From positions 1-64,000 of IMG/VR virus record IMGVR_UViG_3300033562_000989: a DNA stretch of 64,000 nucleotides; one strand, written 5' to 3'. Shown here piece by piece: positions 58,586-64,000 of the stretch. Source of the DNA: a virus (Duplodnaviria > Caudoviricetes). Numbering within the stretch: the stretch's first letter is position 1; each line of letters opens with the position of its first letter. A program made the position numbers and the translations under genes. The notes beneath the pieces are model-generated. The model worked only from the letters and a program-made list of their open reading frames with translations, made no database searches and was not told the origin of the DNA.

Positions 58586-60622
58586 TTAATTACATTTGCT
58601 ATTACCGCAACTCTTGCAAATTTTACATCCCGCTTCATAAACGATTGTTTCTTGTCCACAATCACTACACTTCTCCCCATGAGATTTAGTACCATCTTTA
58701 ATAAATGGTTTAAAAGAACGCATTACACCACTTTTCCAGTTTGTCATTGATTTATTAGAGAAGTTTAAACCATCAATAATAGTAATCATTTTTTCTGGAG
58801 ATACACTTTCACGAAGTAATGCAGACATTAATCTAGCATAATTCCAATATTCTTTATCAAAAATACGAGAAAGCCCACCTAAAGTGTTGGTATAACCATA
58901 ACTATCTACATATCTAAAGTCATATCTTGAAGGTTCATCACCATTTTTAACTTTAATAATTATACCTTCAGTTACTGAGGATGGAATTGGAAAAGTATCT
59001 AAATCTTTTGGTCCTGTAAAAATTTCATATGGTATATCATTCAATATTCCTACAAATGCAATCCAATCTTTTTTCTCATTTTTAAATTGAACTACTTTAC
59101 ATTCTAATTCTAATGGACGTTCTGTAACAACTGATTTTTGTTCTTCCTTATGATTAACTAAAATACCACTACGACTTCCTTCTCTATAAACTGTGACTCC
59201 TTTGAGATTGTGTTTCCAAGCTGATTTATATAGTAAATCAATAGTTTCTTTTGGAGTGTTTTCTGGTAAGTTTATAGTGCTAGATATACTATGTGTAGTA
59301 TATTTTTGTAATATAGCTTGAGTTCTAATTCTATCAAAGGGTATAATATAATTTGCTGTATTATTAAACCAAGGTGAATTTGCATACATTGCATCTAGCT
59401 CTTCCATAGTTAAAGTATCAATATGTTTATGATAACCTTGTGTGTAATACCAATCTTTAAAACTACCATGAATTACATTGTGATTTGTAAACCCAACTCC
59501 ATTTTGATCAACAAAGTCAGCAGTCTCACCTGGATTACATTTCTTTCTTCTTGTATAATAAAGAGAGAATGTCGGCTCACATCCTGAACTTGTTCCAGCT
59601 AACATACTTATGGTCCCAGTAGGAGCAATTGTAGAGAATGAAACGTTACGTCTACCATATTGTTGCATTTTCTTTATTTGAGATGGGAATTCTTGATTTA
59701 AAAATTTATAGAATTCATTTTTTCCAATATATTCATCCATACCTTTAGATTTAGGTGGATTTGGTATAAAAATATACTCTAAGTCTCTATTATAACTAGG
59801 AAAACTACCATTAATAATAGCTAAATCAATTGTTGCATCTAATTCAGCTTTCATTTTTAATTTCATGATGAAATCAGTAGTTTTTTCATCTCCGTAAGGT
59901 AATCCTAAAGCTGCAAACATATCTGCTAATCCAGTAATTCCAACACCAGTTCTTCTACCTTTTCTACCAATTTCTTGAATTTCCTTCCATAATTGTTGTT
60001 CATCTCCTGTAGTAATATCTATAATTCTTTGAACTGCTTCAATCTCTAAATCAACTAGAATATCTCCAATAATTTGTGCTTCATAGAATACTTTATATGC
60101 TAGATCTTCATCAATCTCAGCATCTTTAGTATATTTATCTTTTACTAGGTTATATAGATTAGAAGCTATTAATCTACATGAATCCTTTGAACTAAGTGGA
60201 ATCTCACCACAAGGATTTGTTGAAATTGCTTTAAATTCTGGATATACACTAGCAGGATCATTATCTAAAATATTATCCCAAAATAGTATTCCGGGTTCTG
60301 CGGTATTCCAAGCACATTGAATTATAGAATCCCAAAGTTCTTTTGCTTTGATTTTTTTAATGTATTGTCCATTATTTGATGGAATTAATTCATTATATGG
60401 TAAATTTTTTTGTTGGATTTTATTATCTAGTACCCAAACCTCTCCTTGTGTATTAATAGGCCATATAAGAATATAATCTTTATCATTCTCTACAGCTTGC
60501 ATAAATTCATCATTCAACTTAACAGATATATTAGCACCTGTAATCTTTGAGAGGTTCTGTTTACTTGTGATGAAATCAGGAGAATCAGGATGGCTTATAT
60601 CTATACTTATCATTAATGCCCC
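58586..60622 (-). CDS. nrdJ: class II (B12-dependent) ribonucleotide reductase, exon 2
   Basis: GALMIS, TNPCGEIPL, GRRTGVG, TIAPTGT, KGVTVYREGSR and a C-terminal Zn-ribbon cysteine cluster. Confidence 0.92.
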   Translation of the reverse strand, partial: GALMISIDISHPDSPDFITSKQNLSKITGANISVKLNDEFMQAVENDKDYILIWPINTQGEVWVLDNKIQQKNLPYNELIPSNNGQYIKKIKAKELWDSIIQCAWNTAEPGILFWDNILDNDPASVYPEFKAISTNPCGEIPLSSKDSCRLIASNLYNLVKDKYTKDAEIDEDLAYKVFYEAQIIGDILVDLEIEAVQRIIDITTGDEQQLWKEIQEIGRKGRRTGVGITGLADMFAALGLPYGDEKTTDFIMKLKMKAELDATIDLAIINGSFPSYNRDLEYIFIPNPPKSKGMDEYIGKNEFYKFLNQEFPSQIKKMQQYGRRNVSFSTIAPTGTISMLAGTSSGCEPTFSLYYTRRKKCNPGETADFVDQNGVGFTNHNVIHGSFKDWYYTQGYHKHIDTLTMEELDAMYANSPWFNNTANYIIPFDRIRTQAILQKYTTHSISSTINLPENTPKETIDLLYKSAWKHNLKGVTVYREGSRSGILVNHKEEQKSVVTERPLELECKVVQFKNEKKDWIAFVGILNDIPYEIFTGPKDLDTFPIPSSVTEGIIIKVKNGDEPSRYDFRYVDSYGYTNTLGGLSRIFDKEYWNYARLMSALLRESVSPEKMITIIDGLNFSNKSMTNWKSGVMRSFKPFIKDGTKSHGEKCSDCGQETIVYEAGCKICKSCGNSKCN

Positions 60623-61807
60623 CATTCGGACTATATCACACCTAAATCTCTAGTATTTAGGCTCGGACGCTCTAGCTGGTTATTAAGGGAATCCATTTTC
60701 CCTCCAGTAGTCTCTACACTTTCCTTGAAATGGTTCAAGGCTTAGCTCGGTATTATTCTCTTACGAGACCTTCACCGAATTCATCCAATTTAAGACGCAG
60801 GGCATAGTTTGAAATACCTTCTTTTGACAATAGATTGACATTTATTGTCATTCCATTATCTAACAAACATTCTTTATTATTTATTTTTAAAATTGTAAAA
60901 GATCCTTTTAAATTTATAGAAGATTTTATATTATATTTAGCAAGAGTTCTTTTATCTACAAATTTAACAATATCTCCTTCGTTAAAAGTATATTTTAAAA
61001 TTGTATCTCTTAACCAAATTAAATGATTATCACGCTTTCTTTTCAAAAAGTAATCTTCTGTCGGTAAAATTTGTAGGAAATTAAATACATCTAATTCATT
61101 TGAAAACTCCATTACATAACAATCTTCTCCTGATTTAGGTTTAATTGCTGTAGAAATATCAAAATTTATCAGTATTTTTTGCAGAGATAGTAATAATGAG
61201 TAAGAAGATGTAAATGATACTTTTTGCCAAAGTCTATCACGATCTTTTCTATATCCCCATGTTATGCATCCCTCAGCATCAAAAAACCCTTGTATTAAAT
61301 TTTTATAAAGAAATTGTTTAACTATTGGTAAACTACGTTCTTTTTTTAATCTTCCTCCAATAAAAGTTTGTACATCTTCTATTTTTAATCTAATTGTTGA
61401 GCTTGGAAATTTTTTCTGAGATTTATTATAAGATAAATCATCAACAATATCACAATCAGTAAAAGATTCGATATATTTTAAAATTTCCCTATCATCATGT
61501 TTTATACTAAGTTCTAATATATTATTCTTATCAAAATGCCCATCACCAGTAATAAATCCTATAAAATAGGCTTTTTCAGGAGAATCTATTTTTTCAAATA
61601 AAAATTTGCAAGGTTTTTGATTAATAACACTTTCTCTTAACTCATATTTTCCAACATAATAATCAACAGTAGATTTAGATACACCTATAATCTCTGCAAT
61701 TTTTTTAAAGGTTTTACCTTCTTCTAAATAATTTTTTAATTCTTGTTTGTTCATATTTTTACTCTTTTATTTTTAATAATTTTCAAAATTTTGTATTTCA
61801 TTTATTT
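60623..61807 (-). mobile_element. group I intron in nrdJ, endonuclease in L1
   Basis: IGS GCGTCT pairs exon end AGACGT (G-U at the site). GCCCT pairs 3' exon GGGGC (P10). P3 TTGGATG/CGTCCGA, P7 GACTA/TAGTC. Splicing restores GRR|GALM. Confidence 0.9.
60753..61754 (-). CDS. LAGLIDADG homing endonuclease with N-terminal HTH
   Basis: KAYFIGFITGDGHF and LIQGFFDAEGCI motifs. GKTFKKIAEIIGVSKSTVDYY is HTH-like. Confidence 0.88.
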   Translation of the reverse strand: MNKQELKNYLEEGKTFKKIAEIIGVSKSTVDYYVGKYELRESVINQKPCKFLFEKIDSPEKAYFIGFITGDGHFDKNNILELSIKHDDREILKYIESFTDCDIVDDLSYNKSQKKFPSSTIRLKIEDVQTFIGGRLKKERSLPIVKQFLYKNLIQGFFDAEGCITWGYRKDRDRLWQKVSFTSSYSLLLSLQKILINFDISTAIKPKSGEDCYVMEFSNELDVFNFLQILPTEDYFLKRKRDNHLIWLRDTILKYTFNEGDIVKFVDKRTLAKYNIKSSINLKGSFTILKINNKECLLDNGMTINVNLLSKEGISNYALRLKLDEFGEGLVRE

Positions 61808-63616
61808 ACGTCTACCTGCCTGACCGATTGTATTAGTTACTTGACTAAATAGCTCCATAAATGGAACAACTCCTCCAGTAGTTTTTGCTGCATTGTTTAC
61901 ATGAGCACTAGAAGGTCTTAAAACAGATACATCAACTCCGCAGTTATGAATATTTACAAATCCAAAATTTCCAGCATAGTAATTATTATTTCCTTCTACA
62001 GAAATATCAATATAATTAAATTTTTCTAAATTATCTTCTATTATATTACAAAGTTTAGTTCTGGATAGTATTTCAAAATATTTTTTTTCAGTTATTATTT
62101 CATAATCTCTTAAAAAAGCTAGATGAGCTTTACCACATTCCTTTAATTTTTGCAAATTATATGAATTAGTCTTTGCTAATCTGTATTCTTTACTAGTAGA
62201 TGAAAATATTGTTGAATATTTAAAATCTACAATATTTTTAATTTCTAAATCTGTTAATTTTATATTATTTGATTGATGAGATTTAGATTTTATCAACATT
62301 TTTTCTAATTTTAAATCATGCTTAATAAATTGCGTAATTTCTAGATAAATGTCAGAATCCTTATGAATATGTAAATTATAAATAGGTGATTCATTAGATC
62401 TTTTAGGAATTTTTACACTAGTTGTAAATGGTTGGCCTATTAAAGATAAATACTGTGCAATTTCATCAATGGCGTTTTTAGCACAAATAGAAATATCTAT
62501 TCTGCCTGAATCTGTAATATATCCATCAGAATCTATTAATCCAGCTATAAAAGGTACCCACAAGTTATAATTTTTTACAAAAGATGGTACTTCCCAAGTA
62601 TACGTTTTTTTATTTATTTGATTATCAAAATAAGTATCAAAAAGTAAATTATTGAAAGGATGTGTGCTGTAATATTCCCAGACTTCTGTTTTATAAGCAG
62701 GATTTCTTGATACATAAATAGAAGATTCTTTTATATTTAAAAGTTGTTCGTGTGCTAGTTTGTAGGCCTCAATTACATTTTTATTATCTCCATTTATTCT
62801 AATCCTAGGATCTTTTATTGAATCTGCATTACCATCCCCAAAATGACAACCTAAAAACCATCCAATATAATCTGAATCAGTTTTTTCATACTCAAAAGTT
62901 TTTAAATTAGGAGTCTTATTAGTACTATTTAATAATTTACCATCATTATAATTACTAAAAATGTAATTATCATTTTGTAAATTTAGGATAGGGTGTTTTT
63001 TAGATGTTTTTAATTTTACCCCATTCGAATAGTTCAACTCAATTTGGTCTTCTAAAGAAACATCCGTAAAATATTTATCGTCCACTAATTTCCATTCATC
63101 TTGTAAAGTTTCTAGGTTAAATGATAATATATAATCACCAACATTTACATCTTTAATTGGAATGTTTCCTTTATCTTTTATTATAACTGGTGTACTCTCT
63201 TCAATACAGCCTCCTCTACGTTTATAAATTTGAGACATATTCTTTGAAGAGTTAAAAATATCTTCAATAGAGTCTTTAGTATCAAGAACGAAACAATTAC
63301 TTAGACTTACTGGTTTTCCTGTTCCTATTCCTGCAAGTACTGAACCACCAGGAATTATATATTTAAAATCTTTAAATAATTTTAGAAACCACTCTTTTCT
63401 ATCAGAACAATCTAATCTTTCTTGTCCATAAACACTTAACTCATCATATTCTGTATCTGAGAGTGAACTAGCTTTTGGTGTATTATCTAATCTTGAAAAT
63501 TCAAATGCTACTCTTTCAAAAAACTCATCTAATGTCTCATCTCCTAATTGATACTTACTTTTCCATACTTGCTCTGCAAGTTCATCATTTTTAAAATAAT
63601 TGTTTTTTTCTTTCAT
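61808..63616 (-). CDS. nrdJ: class II ribonucleotide reductase, exon 1 (contains intein)
   Basis: IIPGGSVLAG, SLSNCFV, KRRGG[intein]CGVDVSVLRP, TIGQAGRR. Confidence 0.9.
61943..63208 (-). mobile_element. intein with LAGLIDADG (DOD) endonuclease, 422 aa
   Basis: Starts CIEESTPV, ends FVNIHN followed by Cys(+1). Contains FLGCHFGDG and FIAGLIDSDG motifs. Confidence 0.93.
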
Positions 63617-63690
63617 TTTTAATTTTTAGTAATTTTTATATTTTTTGCAAAAAATACAAAATTTTGATTTTTCATATTTTTATTATAATG

Positions 63691-63698
63691 CAAAGATA
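63691..63698 (-). promoter_or_regulatory. Bacteroidota-type -7 box (TATCTTTG-CA) upstream of nrdJ
   Basis: CAAAGATA on + is TATCTTTG on -, in the intergenic gap 75 nt upstream of the nrdJ ATG. Confidence 0.55.
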
Positions 63699-63738
63699 CA
63701 AAAAAATTCTGACATATCAAAATCCCTCAAATAATCAT

Positions 63739-64000
63739 TTAAGAGTTTATCAATTTAGATTGTAATTTAGTATTTAATAGTTCATTAATTAAATCTAAAG
63801 TTAATTCTTTTTTACTTTCAGACCAATATGCAGCATATTCTTCAAGATTTTCATCTTCAAAAACAAGAAATGGAAGTTTTTTAGCACCATGTCTTGTCAT
63901 TATTGGAATAGCGTTCTTTTTTTCTTTATAATGATCATAATTGTATTTTTCAATAAATACTCTGTCTAACTTACCTATTAATTTTAAACAGTTTTTTGTA
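63739..64000 (-). CDS. glutaredoxin/thioredoxin-like protein, 3' part (partial)
   Basis: ...YKEKKNAIPIMTRHGAKKLPFLVFED..AAYWSE...* (TAA 63741-63739). Lies next to RNR; fold assignment is tentative. Confidence 0.45.
   Translation of the reverse strand, partial: TKNCLKLIGKLDRVFIEKYNYDHYKEKKNAIPIMTRHGAKKLPFLVFEDENLEEYAAYWSESKKELTLDLINELLNTKLQSKLINS

Noticed and set aside
1-64000. tRNA (including a TGA suppressor), CRISPR array, DGR or reverse transcriptase
   Set aside because: I found no cloverleaf, regularly spaced repeat array or RT motif by eye. The GC-richer non-coding stretches are explained by intron cores and terminators. tRNAscan-SE or ARAGORN would be needed to exclude a tRNA formally.

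Overview
Window from an AT-rich crAss-like phage (order Crassvirales) genome. A Bacteroidota host is likely, judging from A-rich leaders without Shine-Dalgarno sites and TAnnTTTG promoter boxes. The + strand (1-53964) is the late/virion block: scaffold-like gene, major capsid protein (MCP), conserved capsid/tail genes, cargo proteins and four giant proteins including the virion RNA polymerase. The - strand (54029-64000) carries a GH73 peptidoglycan hydrolase followed by replication/nucleotide genes (DNA ligase, dUTPase, Dda/RecD-like helicase, class II RNR, glutaredoxin-like). The supplied standard-code ORF track is fragmented because late genes and the hydrolase read TGA as Trp (code 4): the fragments join in frame at TGA, and conserved Trp positions (DUF192 F-W-MK, GH73 ETG-W-G) are TGA. 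The replication genes and homing endonucleases contain no in-frame TGA. There are three group I introns with homing endonucleases (at the MCP 3' end, in the RNAP catalytic motif, in nrdJ) and one intein (nrdJ). Most notable: (i) the last MCP residues are encoded twice, once on each side of the intron; (ii) an identical 21-bp motif plus a -7 box precedes both recoded transcription units; (iii) the nrdJ intron appears to lack P9. All joins, pairings and protein assignments were made by eye without database searches.
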